Positions 31,575-42,358 are shown, counted from the first letter of the stretch. The stretch: DNA of 64,000 bases from Formivibrio citricus (GCF_900115065.1 NZ_FOVE01000010.1:1-64000), one strand, 5' to 3'. Numbers and translations: made by a program. Notes: generated by a model not told the origin, from the letters alone.

Positions 31575-31979
31575 CTATTTCGGGGGCAATTCGCCGATGT
31601 CCGCCAGCAGCACGTTGAGTGCCGTATCGGACAGCATGACTTCGATCAGGCAAAGAACCAGCGAAGCCACCATCAGCAACAAGCTGACGATGAACAGTCC
31701 GAAAGCCATTTGTTCGGCATGAAAGGCAAACGAGCCCATCGAAACGATGCAGACCAAGAGGCTCATCACCCCGGCCGCCTGCATCCAGCGAATCAGCCAG
31801 ACACGACGGCGCAAATTGTCGATCTGCAGCAGATTGCCTTCGTTCGGGCTGCGCCGATGACTTTCGTGCAACTGGCGTATTATGCTGGATATGGTCAGAA
31901 ACCGGTTGGTATACGCCAGCATCAAGAGCGAAATGGCGGGAAAAAGCAAAGAAGGGGTAGTAATGCTGAAACTATCCAT
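31575..31979 (-). CDS. DUF2721-like small membrane protein.
   Basis: Three or four TM helices. ATG verified at 31977-31979. The longer track ORF would overlap the response-regulator gene by 41 bp. Confidence 0.45.
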   Translation of the reverse strand: MDSFSITTPSLLFPAISLLMLAYTNRFLTISSIIRQLHESHRRSPNEGNLLQIDNLRRRVWLIRWMQAAGVMSLLVCIVSMGSFAFHAEQMAFGLFIVSLLLMVASLVLCLIEVMLSDTALNVLLADIGELPPK

Positions 31980-32739
31980 CGTGTTCCGGTTTTCCAAAAT
32001 CCTTGATGACATGCTGTTGGCGGCGGCTCACGGGCAATCGCTCGGGCAGGTCCCGTAGCAGCGCCACCCAGTGGGCATCGCCACCCGATTGTACCTCACG
32101 TTCAAATCCAACCAGCGCATCACACGCCACCAGACAGTTGCGATGGATACGCACAAAACGCGCGCCAAATTCCTCTTCGATACGCGTCAGGGAGTCTTCC
32201 AGCAGATATTCACGCGCGAGAGTCCGCAACGTGATGTACTTCTGCTCGGCCTTGAGATAGACCGCATCCTGTACCGGGATCAGGTGCACCCGGCCACGCT
32301 CGGTCACGCTGAAATGTGTACGCGCGCCAACCATCTGGCCGGATTGGGCCGGGCGTGCCAAGCGCATCTCCTCGGCGCGATGCAAGGCGGCAATCAGGCG
32401 ATCCTGGCGAATCGGTTTCAGCAGATAATCCACCGCGCGCACGTCGAAAGCCGCCACACCGTAGTCTTCGAATGCCGTGGCAAAGATAACCACCGGCGGC
32501 TGGGAAAAATCCAGCAACTTGCGCGCCACTTCGATCCCGCTCATCTGCGGCATCTGGATGTCCAGAATCACGACATCGGCATGCGCTTCTGCAAGCTGGG
32601 CCAGCGCCGTCATGCCGTTGGCTGCCGTCCCAACCACTTCATGCGGACAAGCTGCGGCGCAATCGGCCAAGACATCCCTCAACCGGTTAAGGGCAGGGAT
32701 TTCATCATCGACCAAAAACAGGCGTAATGGTTTCTGCAT
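31972..32739 (-). CDS. LytTR-family response regulator (AlgR/LytR-type).
   Basis: Receiver domain (LFLVDDE...VILDIQMP) and a C-terminal LytTR DNA-binding domain. Confidence 0.85.
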   Translation of the reverse strand: MQKPLRLFLVDDEIPALNRLRDVLADCAAACPHEVVGTAANGMTALAQLAEAHADVVILDIQMPQMSGIEVARKLLDFSQPPVVIFATAFEDYGVAAFDVRAVDYLLKPIRQDRLIAALHRAEEMRLARPAQSGQMVGARTHFSVTERGRVHLIPVQDAVYLKAEQKYITLRTLAREYLLEDSLTRIEEEFGARFVRIHRNCLVACDALVGFEREVQSGGDAHWVALLRDLPERLPVSRRQQHVIKDFGKPEHDG

Positions 32740-33754
32740 CGGCGATCTCCTGATAGGGCAGCACGATATGGACCTGGTAATGCTCGCCCACGGTCTTGGC
32801 AGTCAGCGTTGCTGCCGCGTCAAAATGCAACAACAAGCGTTCGCGCACATTTTCCAGTGCCATGCCATTGCCGATGCGGCGGGCTCGCTCATCGCCGCCC
32901 TTGGGCAAGGGATTGCGGATATCGATGTGCACCTCGTCGCGAACGCGAAAAATGTTCACCTGCACCACGCCGGGAAACAGCGAGGGCTCTATTCCATGAT
33001 AGACGGCATTTTCAAGAAGTGGCTGCAAAATCAAGGGCGGAATGGCTGCTTTCCACGGCATTTTGTCGATGAACCATTCCACGCTCAGCCGTTCTCCGAG
33101 TCTGACCTTCTCGATTTCCAGATAGCCGCGCGCCAACTCCACTTCACGCGCGAGCGTCGACAACCCCTGCTTCTTGCCCATCGCCACACGAAACAAGTCG
33201 GAGAGGTTCTCCAGCATGGTTTCCGCCCGGCGCGGATCGGAACGGATCAGCGACAACACTGCATTGAGGCTGTTGAAAAAGAAATGTGGACGGATCCGTG
33301 CCTGCAGGGCCGCCAGCCGCGCCTCGGTAATCCGCGGCGACAGCGCCCGCATCCACAGCCGGTAATAGGCAAGCAGCCCCAGCGCCGAGGCACCGGCACT
33401 CAACTCGTAACGCCACGGCAACTGGCCGGCCAGCGCTTCCGAAATATCGCCGTAGAAAACCCGCACGGCCCAGGCACTCAGCATCGCAAGCAGCACGGTA
33501 AAAAGTACACCCTGCCGGTAGGGCGCCCTGGCCAACCACGGTGACAACACGGCCAGCACGGCCAGCGTCAGCAGCAGCATCGGTTCGCACCACAGCGCCG
33601 CGGCAAACAGGCGGTCACGCCAGCTCGGCCAGTCGGGAACGATCAGCAGCAAATGAAACATCATGCCGAGATTGACCCCGATCAAGGCGCGCGAGATCAC
33701 CCCTACATTGCGGAAGTCGGGCAGCCTTGCTGGCGTATCGTCAGGACGAAACAT
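32705..33754 (-). CDS. Sensor histidine kinase, LytS/AlgZ-type (His_kinase domain).
   Basis: Multi-TM N-terminal region. The HK core has ...RARMNPHFFFNSLNAV... then an ATPase domain. The gene overlaps the response-regulator start. Confidence 0.8.
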   Translation of the reverse strand: MFRPDDTPARLPDFRNVGVISRALIGVNLGMMFHLLLIVPDWPSWRDRLFAAALWCEPMLLLTLAVLAVLSPWLARAPYRQGVLFTVLLAMLSAWAVRVFYGDISEALAGQLPWRYELSAGASALGLLAYYRLWMRALSPRITEARLAALQARIRPHFFFNSLNAVLSLIRSDPRRAETMLENLSDLFRVAMGKKQGLSTLAREVELARGYLEIEKVRLGERLSVEWFIDKMPWKAAIPPLILQPLLENAVYHGIEPSLFPGVVQVNIFRVRDEVHIDIRNPLPKGGDERARRIGNGMALENVRERLLLHFDAAATLTAKTVGEHYQVHIVLPYQEIADAETITPVFGR

Positions 33755-33868
33755 CGCATATCCTTGCGTTAATCTTTTTTGTATTATTCATTATTTGTCA
33801 GAATAGTCCGGTGATCGGGGCATGCAACAATTTAACATCACTATAAGCAATTTTTCCGGATAGCCATC

Positions 33869-34713
33869 ATGTCACTGGCCATCGTCCAATCCCGCGCCCT
33901 GGAAGGCCTGTCCGCCCTGCCGGTAATGGTGGAAGTCCATCTCGCCAACGGTTTGCCCGCCTGCAATATCGTCGGCCTGCCCGAAGCCGAAGTGCGCGAA
34001 GCACGTGACCGGGTTCGTGCGGCCTTGGCCGTTTCCGGCTTCGAATTTCCCAACCGCCGCATCACCGTCAATCTGGCGCCGGCCGATCTGCCCAAGTCTG
34101 CCGGGCATTTCGATCTGCCGATCGCCATCGGCATCCTTGCCGCGAGCGGGCAACTCCCCGCCGACCGGCTCAAGGAATACGAATTTGCCGGCGAACTCGG
34201 GTTGACCGGCGAGCTGCGCGGCTTCCGCGGCGCGCTGGCGCTATCCATTGCCGCCGGCATGGCCAAGCGCACGCTCATCATCAGCGAAGCCAGCGCTGCA
34301 GAGGCCGCGCTGATTGCCGAAACCCCGGTACTGGCAGCCCCGCACCTGCTGGCGGTCTGCCGCCACCTGCTGGGCGTTGATCCGCTGCCGACCGGCCAAG
34401 CGCCCCCCTCCCCCGAAACCCGGCACTATCCCGACCTCGGCGAGGTCAAGGGTCAGCAGCAGGCCAAGCGCGCGCTGGAAATTGCCGCCGCGGGCGGACA
34501 TTCGCTGTTGATGATCGGCCCGCCCGGCACCGGCAAATCCATGCTGGCGCAACGCCTGCCGGGCCTGCTGCCGCCGATGACCGCCGAAGAGGCACTGGAA
34601 GCGGCAACGGTACAATCGATCGGCAACAAGGGGCTGGATGCCCGCGCGTACGGTATCCGCAATTTCAGGGCACCCCATCACACTTCATCCGGCGTCGCCC
34701 TGGTCGGCGGCGG
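33869..34713 (+). pseudogene. comM: comM (YifB/ComM Mg-chelatase-like ATPase) 5' fragment, interrupted by a transposon.
   Basis: MSLAIVQSRALEGLSALPVMVEVHLANGLPACNIVGLPEAEVREARDRV...HHTSSGVALVGGG is then followed by unrelated sequence. Conserved ComM continues directly at 56117. Confidence 0.9.
34709..34713. repeat. Target-site duplication GGCGG (left copy).
   Basis: The same 5-mer directly abuts the other transposon end at 56117-56121. Confidence 0.6.
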
Positions 34714-34763
34714 TGTAAAACCGAACGCTATTTGCGAACGGACACGTTTTGCAGGAGAATTAA

Positions 34764-35483
34764 ATGCGACTGATGTCATGGATCCTCAACGTGGGTACTC
34801 CTGAAGCAGTACGAAAAATCCCCATCAACACGGTCAGTCTGACCGGGGAAGTGCTCGGCCAAGAGTTTGAGTCTTCTCTGGAGCGCGACCTGATCATGCT
34901 TATGGCATGGGACGCAGACATCGACTGGTTTCAGGTTCAGCCGGTCAAAATCAGATACACCAACCCAAACGGCAATCGCCGTAGTTATACGCCAGACCTG
35001 CTGGTTCACTTTCTTCGAAATCCCAAGCCCGAAACAGATCGTAAACCTATCCTTTGCGAAGTGAAATATCGGGAAGAATTGGCTAGGAACTGGAAAGAGC
35101 TCAAGCCAAAGTTCAAAGCGGCCAAGGCGTATGCCAATGAGCAGGGCTGGGACTTTCAAATTTTCACAGAAGACCGCATCAGAACGCCTTACTTCCGCAA
35201 TATTCAGTTTCTCTGGTCTTACCGGTATAGCCCTCTGTACGAAACACACCATGAGCGCTTGCTTCAAGCATTAAGCGAAATGGAAGAGGCCAGCATCAAC
35301 AGGTTGCTTGACCATTGTTATGGCTCCCGTGATCGCGTGGGGCGCGGTGAGGGCATTTGGACATTGTGGTGTATGGTCGCGAGGCGGGAAATCGTCTGCG
35401 ATCTCCATGTACCTCTTGCGATGGACTGCAAGATTCAGCGGAATCCGAAGAATTCAATTTGGGTACCGAGTGATCAGGAGTAG
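34764..35483 (+). CDS. tnsA: TnsA-like endonuclease.
   Basis: LGQEFESSLERDLIMLMAWDADIDWFQVQPVKIRY...RSYTPDLLVHF...ILCEVKYREEL matches the TnsA pattern (E..LE.D...L.WD...EQP..I.Y...YTPDFLV...EVK). The first ATG lies inside the terminal repeat. An alternative ATG is at 34773. Confidence 0.8.
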   Translation: MRLMSWILNVGTPEAVRKIPINTVSLTGEVLGQEFESSLERDLIMLMAWDADIDWFQVQPVKIRYTNPNGNRRSYTPDLLVHFLRNPKPETDRKPILCEVKYREELARNWKELKPKFKAAKAYANEQGWDFQIFTEDRIRTPYFRNIQFLWSYRYSPLYETHHERLLQALSEMEEASINRLLDHCYGSRDRVGRGEGIWTLWCMVARREIVCDLHVPLAMDCKIQRNPKNSIWVPSDQE

Positions 35484-35485
35484 AG

Positions 35486-37384
35486 ATGACCAGACTGGAC
35501 AGAGTTAGCCTTATTCCAGGATCCCACGTCACCGATGTCGACGGCTCCTATGTGGTTGTTGATCTCTTGGATACGCAAACTGTTTTGGTCGAAAACGCTG
35601 AAGGAAAACGCAAGAAGCGCAAGGTTACGGACCTAGCTATTGGCGAGGTTGCCCCAACCAACCGACTTGTCGATTTGGCATTGGTTCCGAGAGAAGACTG
35701 GGATCGTGTGTGCCAAATCGTCGAAGTACTAAAGCCGTTGATCCTGCTAGGACCGAAAAAACGTACGAAACAAGAAGTTGAAGCTGCTGCTGACTTACTG
35801 GAGAAACACTGTGCCACGGTGTACAGATGGCTCAAGGAGTACGAAAAAACAGGGGTGCTTTCCTGCTTGCTTCGTAAACCGCGAAGCGACAAGGGTGTAA
35901 ACAGGCTCGACGCACGCGTTGAGCAAATCATCAAAGATTGCATCGATACACTTTATCTCAGCGATCAGTGTAGAAGTGTTGCAAAAACGGCGGAAGAAGT
36001 CCGAAAACGCTGCAAGGACGAGCGTTTGACTCCCCCTGATCCTGCGACAGTATCTGCGCGTATCGACGCAATAGATGACGCCCTGAAAGTCCGTAAACGC
36101 AAGGGCTACAAAGCTGCGGACGAACAATTTAGCCCGATTTACGGCTCGTTCCCGGATGCAGAACAGCCGCTCGCAGTCGTGCAGATCGACCATTCCCCGA
36201 TGGATGTGATCGCCGTTGACGATATTCATCGCCTCCCGATTGGCCGGGCCTATTTGACGATTGCCATCGATGTGTACAGCAAAATGGTCGTGGGATTTTT
36301 TATATCCCTGGACAACCCGGGTGCCATGGCCACAGGCGTTTGTATCGCTCGGGCTATTTTGGGCAAAGAACGCCTCTTGAAAAGGCTTGATCTTGAGGAT
36401 TTAGAATGGCCGTGCTGGGGCATGATGCGTGTCATTCATACCGATAATGCCAAGGAATTCCGGGGAACGATGTTGGGCCGTGCGGCTAGAGAATATGGAA
36501 TCATCGCGCAGCGCAGACCGAGAGGACGTCCACGGTACGGTGGTCATGTAGAACGCGCATTCCGCACATACATGAGTGAAATCCACGGAGAACTGCCCGG
36601 AACAACGTTTTCCAACCCAAAAGAACGGCTTGAATACGATTCTGAAGGTCGGGCCGTGATGAGTATGGATGCACTGGAAAAATGGTTCGCGATGTTTATC
36701 TTGGGCGTGTACCACCAGCGTCCGCATAAAGGAAACGATGGGCTTCCTCCGATCGTCAAATGGGAACGGGGTATTCTTGGGGATCCTCAAGCAAACGGTA
36801 TCGCACGCGGAATTCCTGCGAGATTTCCTGATGAGCATCGTCTTTTTCTGGATTTCTCCCCGTATGTGGAAAGAACGGTTCAGGAGTATGGCATTGCTTT
36901 CGAAGGAATCTATTACTGGTGCGACGCGTTACGGCGGTTTATCCATGCTCGGGACAACGAAACAGCTAAGCTGAAGCGCCAGTTTATTTGCCGCTACGAT
37001 CCGCGTGACTTGTCCAAGCTATGGCTCTATGACGAAGACAGCAGCCAGTACATTGAAGTGCCGTATCGTAATTTGACTCGTCCGCCGGTCAGTTTGTGGG
37101 AGGTGCGACAGGCCAAGAAACGATTACGTGAAGACTCAAAGCAATCGACCAACGAAGAACTGATCTTCAGAACGATTGATCGTATGCGCAAGCTGGTGGT
37201 CGAGGAGTCCGAGAAAACCAAAAGTGCCCGCCGTATGCGGCAGCGGCAAAAAGGTTGGGAACGCAGTCGAAAAAAATCGGACGCACCAGTTGCTCCCAAA
37301 GCGGTACCGGGACCTAAACCAGTGCCAGTTATCGATCATGACGATGGCGATATTGAGCCTTTCGAGGGCATCAGCGAGGGTTGA
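35486..37384 (+). CDS. tnsB: TnsB-like DDE transposase (Mu-transposase family).
   Basis: IDHSPMDVIAVDD...HTDNAKEFRG... in the DDE core. 632 aa. Confidence 0.88.
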   Translation: MTRLDRVSLIPGSHVTDVDGSYVVVDLLDTQTVLVENAEGKRKKRKVTDLAIGEVAPTNRLVDLALVPREDWDRVCQIVEVLKPLILLGPKKRTKQEVEAAADLLEKHCATVYRWLKEYEKTGVLSCLLRKPRSDKGVNRLDARVEQIIKDCIDTLYLSDQCRSVAKTAEEVRKRCKDERLTPPDPATVSARIDAIDDALKVRKRKGYKAADEQFSPIYGSFPDAEQPLAVVQIDHSPMDVIAVDDIHRLPIGRAYLTIAIDVYSKMVVGFFISLDNPGAMATGVCIARAILGKERLLKRLDLEDLEWPCWGMMRVIHTDNAKEFRGTMLGRAAREYGIIAQRRPRGRPRYGGHVERAFRTYMSEIHGELPGTTFSNPKERLEYDSEGRAVMSMDALEKWFAMFILGVYHQRPHKGNDGLPPIVKWERGILGDPQANGIARGIPARFPDEHRLFLDFSPYVERTVQEYGIAFEGIYYWCDALRRFIHARDNETAKLKRQFICRYDPRDLSKLWLYDEDSSQYIEVPYRNLTRPPVSLWEVRQAKKRLREDSKQSTNEELIFRTIDRMRKLVVEESEKTKSARRMRQRQKGWERSRKKSDAPVAPKAVPGPKPVPVIDHDDGDIEPFEGISEG

Positions 37385-38289
37385 CCAACGTGACTGCTTC
37401 AAACCCATCCAGAAGACTTTCCGAGCGTGCCCTGAAACTGCTAGATGCTTCAGATGATGAGCGTATCGCCGCAATTGGCCAGCAGATTTTCATTCCCTAC
37501 ACGAGAGCAAATGAGTTGCTGGAGGAAATGGAGGGGTTACTTCTCCATCCGAAAACAAACCGTATGCCCAACATGCTGATTGTTGCCCGATCCAACAATG
37601 GCAAAACCGAAATTCTCCGGCAGTTTTTGAAACGCCATCCTGCGGAAGAGCGCGCAGATTTTGATACAGCCCACGTCCCTGTGGTGTATATCCAGTCACC
37701 ACCAGGTCCCAGCGAACATATTTTTTTGAACATGCTTCTGGGTAGTTTGGGAATGATGACAAGTACCAACGAGGCGGCAGATCGGAAGCTATTGCAGGTT
37801 CTTGAAATCCTACGAATGGTTGAAACAAAGGTACTTCTGGTTGATGAGGTGAACGCTTTACTGGCGGGGAGCGTGGCAAAGCAGCGATTTTTCTTGAACA
37901 TGCTCAAGTATCTCAGCAACGAGCTGAAAATTTCGATTGTTGCGGCCGGTACTCTGGATGCAGTTCATGCGATGAAGACCGATCTCCAGATCGAAAGCCG
38001 GTTTCCGGTACGACCGATCAACCTTTGGCAGGAAGGCGAGGACTTCAGGCGCTTACTGGTCAGTTTTGAATCCGTTTTACCGCTCAAAAAGCCGTCAGTA
38101 CTTCATAAAGGCATGTTGCCCAAAAAGTTGTATGGCGTCAGCGAAGGCATGATTGGAGAGCTCGCAAAAACACTGCGCAGCGCCGCGCAGCATGCCATAA
38201 AAACAGGAGTCGAACAGATTACCGAAGAGGTGATCGATGAGTGCCCCCACGTCGTCAACAGGCAGACATTTAACCCAGAAAAGCTTTGA
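37381..38289 (+). CDS. tnsC: TniB/TnsC-like AAA+ ATPase (short form).
   Basis: Walker A IVARSNNGKTEI and Walker B VLLVDEVNAL. About 300 aa, as in TniB. Confidence 0.85.
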   Translation: MTNVTASNPSRRLSERALKLLDASDDERIAAIGQQIFIPYTRANELLEEMEGLLLHPKTNRMPNMLIVARSNNGKTEILRQFLKRHPAEERADFDTAHVPVVYIQSPPGPSEHIFLNMLLGSLGMMTSTNEAADRKLLQVLEILRMVETKVLLVDEVNALLAGSVAKQRFFLNMLKYLSNELKISIVAAGTLDAVHAMKTDLQIESRFPVRPINLWQEGEDFRRLLVSFESVLPLKKPSVLHKGMLPKKLYGVSEGMIGELAKTLRSAAQHAIKTGVEQITEEVIDECPHVVNRQTFNPEKL

Positions 38290-39805
38290 GCTTCAGCCTG
38301 GCCTTTCCGGCAAGCTTTGGCCCATCCACCCCAAGCCCAGGCCCGACGAGCTGCTGAGTTCTTGGCTAATTCGGTTTGCACACGCGCATGGCATCAAGGC
38401 TGAAACCGTCTGCACCATGTTGTTCAAGCGGTATACCCCAGTTTGGAACAGGGATATTGATCGCCTTGCTCCTGATTATCTTCTGGAAGGATTGTGTCGA
38501 GTAACTGGCGCCACGCCAGAGCAGGCATGGAATACCACATTACCCGCTTACGAAGGATGGTTGTCGGAAAGAGTAAACCGCCATGGAAACAGCAGATGGA
38601 TATTGCCACTTGGCGTGTATCACCGTGAGCGGACTCGGCCAAGTCTGCTGTTCTGTCCACAATGTCTTGCTGAGCCTGATGGCAGATATTATCGGCGCAA
38701 ATGGAGACTGGCTTGGACAACTGTCTGCACAAAGCATGGATGTTTGCTGCTGGATCAATGCCCCTTCTGTGGCGCCGCCATTGAACCGCATCGAACGGAT
38801 ATGACGACGAGGCGGATATTCCCGAACAAGGACATGCTGGTTTCATGTCACCATTGTTCAAAATCGTTGCTGCGTGCCCCCGTCACTTCTGCTGATCCGT
38901 CGTTAATCGTTTTCCAGCGAGACCTGGAAGCAATTCTTGAGACGGGATACGTGGATTGGGCTGGCAATCCCAATCTGCATTCGGTTCTTTATTTCAACGG
39001 GCTGCGGTCGATGCTGGCCGGCATACTGACCGGACGCATGGTGTCCAAGAGAGACCAACAACTTGCGCACCTTAGCGGGAAAGAGATCGAGCGCTTGGCG
39101 TTGGCAGATAGGCAGATGTTGATGGGGAAAATGGCCTCTTTGCTCCACGAGTGGCCAAGTGTTTTTAAGAGGTACGTTTCCGAGTATCACATCAGGTGTT
39201 CCGATCTAACGAATTCCGCCACCAACCCTCCGTTTTGGTATGCCTCAGTCATGGCGAGCTTTGCACGCCGTTCGACACCGTTCTCAGAAAATGAGGCATA
39301 CGCGATTTACGATGCCGCGTACAAGCAAGGAAAGCCCACGACAAATCAGGCTCTGAGAGAATTTTCAGGGCGGGATTTTTCGCGCCTGCAGGGATTCAAT
39401 AGACGCAAGCGTATGACCGATGAAGAATACGAGCAGTTCATGGTGGACATTGATCACCGCATTGCTGGGACTTTGAACGAGCGGAAACGGCTGCTCTATC
39501 TGCGCACCAAGTTTATGTTTGCGGCGGCAAGACAGTTCAAGTTGTCTCAGGAAAAAGTGATTTTGCTCACGATGGATGATGTGCGGCAGTGGGTGCCAGA
39601 AATACCGGAAGCTAGCTTTTACACGGAGCCTCGGTCAAAGAGAGAGGCTGCAGCGTGGATGGTGTGGTTTTGGGAGAACGTTCGTCCTCATTTTCGACCT
39701 GATCTTAAAGAAGCATGCTTGTTTACATCTGTATTGACTGGGCGCCGATTATCGGCTGAGGCGTGTTGGTCTGCTCTTAAGAGCAAAAATTTAGTGCCAG
39801 AATGA
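38237..39805 (+). CDS. tniQ: TniQ/TnsD-family target-selection protein.
   Basis: The N-terminal region LWPIHPKPRPDELLSSWLIRFAHAHGI fits the TniQ motif (P.P...E.L.SWL.R.A). The ATG at 38237 overlaps tnsC by 53 nt. Confidence 0.75.
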   Translation: MSAPTSSTGRHLTQKSFELQPGLSGKLWPIHPKPRPDELLSSWLIRFAHAHGIKAETVCTMLFKRYTPVWNRDIDRLAPDYLLEGLCRVTGATPEQAWNTTLPAYEGWLSERVNRHGNSRWILPLGVYHRERTRPSLLFCPQCLAEPDGRYYRRKWRLAWTTVCTKHGCLLLDQCPFCGAAIEPHRTDMTTRRIFPNKDMLVSCHHCSKSLLRAPVTSADPSLIVFQRDLEAILETGYVDWAGNPNLHSVLYFNGLRSMLAGILTGRMVSKRDQQLAHLSGKEIERLALADRQMLMGKMASLLHEWPSVFKRYVSEYHIRCSDLTNSATNPPFWYASVMASFARRSTPFSENEAYAIYDAAYKQGKPTTNQALREFSGRDFSRLQGFNRRKRMTDEEYEQFMVDIDHRIAGTLNERKRLLYLRTKFMFAAARQFKLSQEKVILLTMDDVRQWVPEIPEASFYTEPRSKREAAAWMVWFWENVRPHFRPDLKEACLFTSVLTGRRLSAEACWSALKSKNLVPE

Positions 39806-39938
39806 TGGCAGAGTTGTTTTTTTTGCGTATTATTTCACTCCTTAGTAAGTAAACAGGCCCCAAGACCTCTTTTTCTTAGGTTGAGGGGTATTTTACTCGC
39901 CGAGCCAAAAATGCTTCAGAAAAAGGTGTGTAGCTTAA

Positions 39939-40151
39939 ATGACTACTTTGCGTGACTTAGAAACGTCTCAAGGCGCACAAAAAGCAGCAACTACTGTAGC
40001 TGATTATTATCAGAAAGATATAGAGGCGTGGGCAAAAACGTCCATGAATAATGGATTTAAGAATGCTCAAGAAATTGTTGGAAAGTTTCGAGTGAATTCT
40101 ATTTCTAAAATAAACGCTAGAGTGCTTTTGGAAGATGCCGTCAAATATTGA
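39939..40151 (+). CDS. Hypothetical small protein (AT-rich cargo gene).
   Basis: 70-aa ORF that overlaps the next ORF by 17 nt. Low GC. Confidence 0.3.
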   Translation: MTTLRDLETSQGAQKAATTVADYYQKDIEAWAKTSMNNGFKNAQEIVGKFRVNSISKINARVLLEDAVKY

Positions 40152-40629
40152 TATTAGTAAGTTGCAATTTATTAATACGAGAGAAGATGTAGAGTTTTTA
40201 TTTGACCGTTACAAAGATATAGTAATAGAAATAGTCGGTAAATCTGCTGGTTATGCAGATATTGTCATATCTGAGCAAGCATTTTCGAGTGCAATTTTGG
40301 AGTGTTCAAAAGATCTCCAAATGCTTTCGGCGCGAAGACTCCCAAATAGTATTTCACCTGGAAAAGTTGCTGGCGTTTATGCATTTCGTTTGAGTCGATG
40401 GAGTATCGTGCATATCCCGGAGTGTCTTTCTGATGACAAGGCGATTTTGCAGCTTAATTATTTGGCCGCCTTGGCGTTTGCATACAATCTTCTTGATATT
40501 GATGTGACGACAATAGATAACACGATTCGGCTCGAGATTCAGTATAACTTGGTTAGGCGTCATAGTAATCAAGAAACTTTGGGGCTTTGTTTTGATATCT
40601 TGCTGGATTCAAAAAGAGTCTACTCTTAA
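40135..40629 (+). CDS. Hypothetical protein (AT-rich cargo gene).
   Basis: 164-aa ORF with no recognised motifs. Markedly AT-rich. Confidence 0.35.
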   Translation: MPSNIDISKLQFINTREDVEFLFDRYKDIVIEIVGKSAGYADIVISEQAFSSAILECSKDLQMLSARRLPNSISPGKVAGVYAFRLSRWSIVHIPECLSDDKAILQLNYLAALAFAYNLLDIDVTTIDNTIRLEIQYNLVRRHSNQETLGLCFDILLDSKRVYS

Positions 40630-40729
40630 ATATAAAAACCGAATGTGTAACTTGATCTGATGGTATTGAAATTAGTTCGTGCCTTCATCATATCTACCAA
40701 AGAGGCAAGCACATCCTTCGCGCAGATAC

Positions 40730-42358
40730 TCAACAAGGGGTATATTGCGGAATAGATGGTGCTTGGACTATTGCCAGTGCCACAACACGTTGTATATCTA
40801 TATTATTTGAGAACGTACCATCTTTGCCCGCATCGATCTTGATGATCTGAAGGCGTGTTTCTCGTGTCGAACCTTCGAGTACAACCACATAATCTGTCTG
40901 GCAAGGTTTAGCCACTATCAGGACGGCGGCCTTTCTTGGTCGGCGAGAGCCATTTGTATACTGGAAATGGCAGCCTAAGTGGATTTCGCCTTCGTCGTTG
41001 ATTATCTTGGGGACGATTATTACCGGGGAGCGCGAGCTATCGGGATATAGCAAGCGAATCTTTAAGTTTCCATTCTCCTGTAGAGTTTTCAGCGCCTCTC
41101 TCAAAAAACGGGGGAGTGTTGCTTGCCTGATTGTACTGAGCATGCCTTTACCCAAAGTCAGTTCAACTGCGCGGATCGAGTCATAGGCAACAGGCGTGCC
41201 TGTTGCGTGGACCTCTACACTATTGTCTGCATGAATAAGCGCCACGCTTCCATGGTCAGATTTATCGATTTCGGCGGCTCGCCAGACTTCCTTATTCTCA
41301 AGGTCCGGGAATCGAATATCGTTTCCATGGGAGGTTAGGGCCGAGCTCAGATTTTTCCCCGGGTCTACGTTTTTCAGAATGATGTTTTCGTTTTCTTGCG
41401 ACGTACGCGCTATGGATGGCTTGGTTTCAGAGGAAGACTCTTTCTGTTGTGCGATTGCCGGGTTCTTCTGAGTCGAGCATTCATATTTCAGTGATTCAAA
41501 AGGGAACGGGTGAGAACAGGATCGAATGTTAAAGACCATGAAGGTCATATTTTCCTGTTTGCCGAGAGGCAGCCATTTCCCAGCCACAACTAGATTCGTT
41601 TTTCCTTCAAATGGGAAAAATGTGTTCGGATAAATTAGCTCGCCTTGTGTTGATGCTCTCAAGCAAGAAGAAGCTACGCGTAGAACTGAACGCCACGCGA
41701 CATTACTCATGGCAATTCGACCAATATCTGCGGCAGATCGCCCTGGTATGCCATCGGCCAGAACAAGATGAAGTCCATGCCCTCCGTGCGTGGTGATGTT
41801 ATCCGTAAACAGCATCTCCTTTTTCAGGGTGTACTGAAAAATCGTATGGATAAGGCGGCTAGAGGAGCCAAAGTAGAAGCGAATCAGTTCCCAACAAGGA
41901 ATAACGATCTGGTGATCATCCGGCAGTTGGATCCTCAAACAATATGCTTGGGTATGTGACCGATGCCAAGGGTGTTCTCGCAAAGGCAGTAGGAACTGCT
42001 TGTTTTCTGTGCTCAGCCCCGCTTTGATCAAGGCGGTTGTGTCTTGATTGATCTCCAAATTTACGAAGGTTTGAAGCTGGTAGTCTGGCTGGCGAAGGAG
42101 CTTGCCAGATTTCCAGATATCTCCAACTCGAAGAAATGGCAAAATGCCAAGTGAGCACCAAGGTCGTCGTTGTTCACTGATATCGGTAGCTGTAGGTGAT
42201 AACAAGGCCTGAGTATCGTTTAGGTCGACTAAGATAGGGGACATGGCCACCTGAAACGATGGCTGTGTGCGCCGGTAGGACAAGTTCGGGTAAGCGAGGT
42301 CACCAATCGAATCGATCCGCCAAGGACGATCGTCTTGGTTGAGAGCTTCGATTTTCAT
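40730..42358 (-). CDS. Large hypothetical protein, apparently co-transcribed with the DEDDh exonuclease.
   Basis: ATG verified at 42356-42358 (MKIEALNQ), giving 542 aa. It starts 30 bp downstream of the exonuclease stop. Confidence 0.45.
   Translation of the reverse strand: MKIEALNQDDRPWRIDSIGDLAYPNLSYRRTQPSFQVAMSPILVDLNDTQALLSPTATDISEQRRPWCSLGILPFLRVGDIWKSGKLLRQPDYQLQTFVNLEINQDTTALIKAGLSTENKQFLLPLREHPWHRSHTQAYCLRIQLPDDHQIVIPCWELIRFYFGSSSRLIHTIFQYTLKKEMLFTDNITTHGGHGLHLVLADGIPGRSAADIGRIAMSNVAWRSVLRVASSCLRASTQGELIYPNTFFPFEGKTNLVVAGKWLPLGKQENMTFMVFNIRSCSHPFPFESLKYECSTQKNPAIAQQKESSSETKPSIARTSQENENIILKNVDPGKNLSSALTSHGNDIRFPDLENKEVWRAAEIDKSDHGSVALIHADNSVEVHATGTPVAYDSIRAVELTLGKGMLSTIRQATLPRFLREALKTLQENGNLKIRLLYPDSSRSPVIIVPKIINDEGEIHLGCHFQYTNGSRRPRKAAVLIVAKPCQTDYVVVLEGSTRETRLQIIKIDAGKDGTFSNNIDIQRVVALAIVQAPSIPQYTPC

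Noticed and set aside
40730-42358. TnsE as the identity of the 542-aa cargo protein (size match).
   Set aside because: It is on the opposite strand to the tns operon, is separated from tniQ by an AT-rich cassette, and shows no recognisable similarity. I kept it as an unknown partner of the exonuclease.
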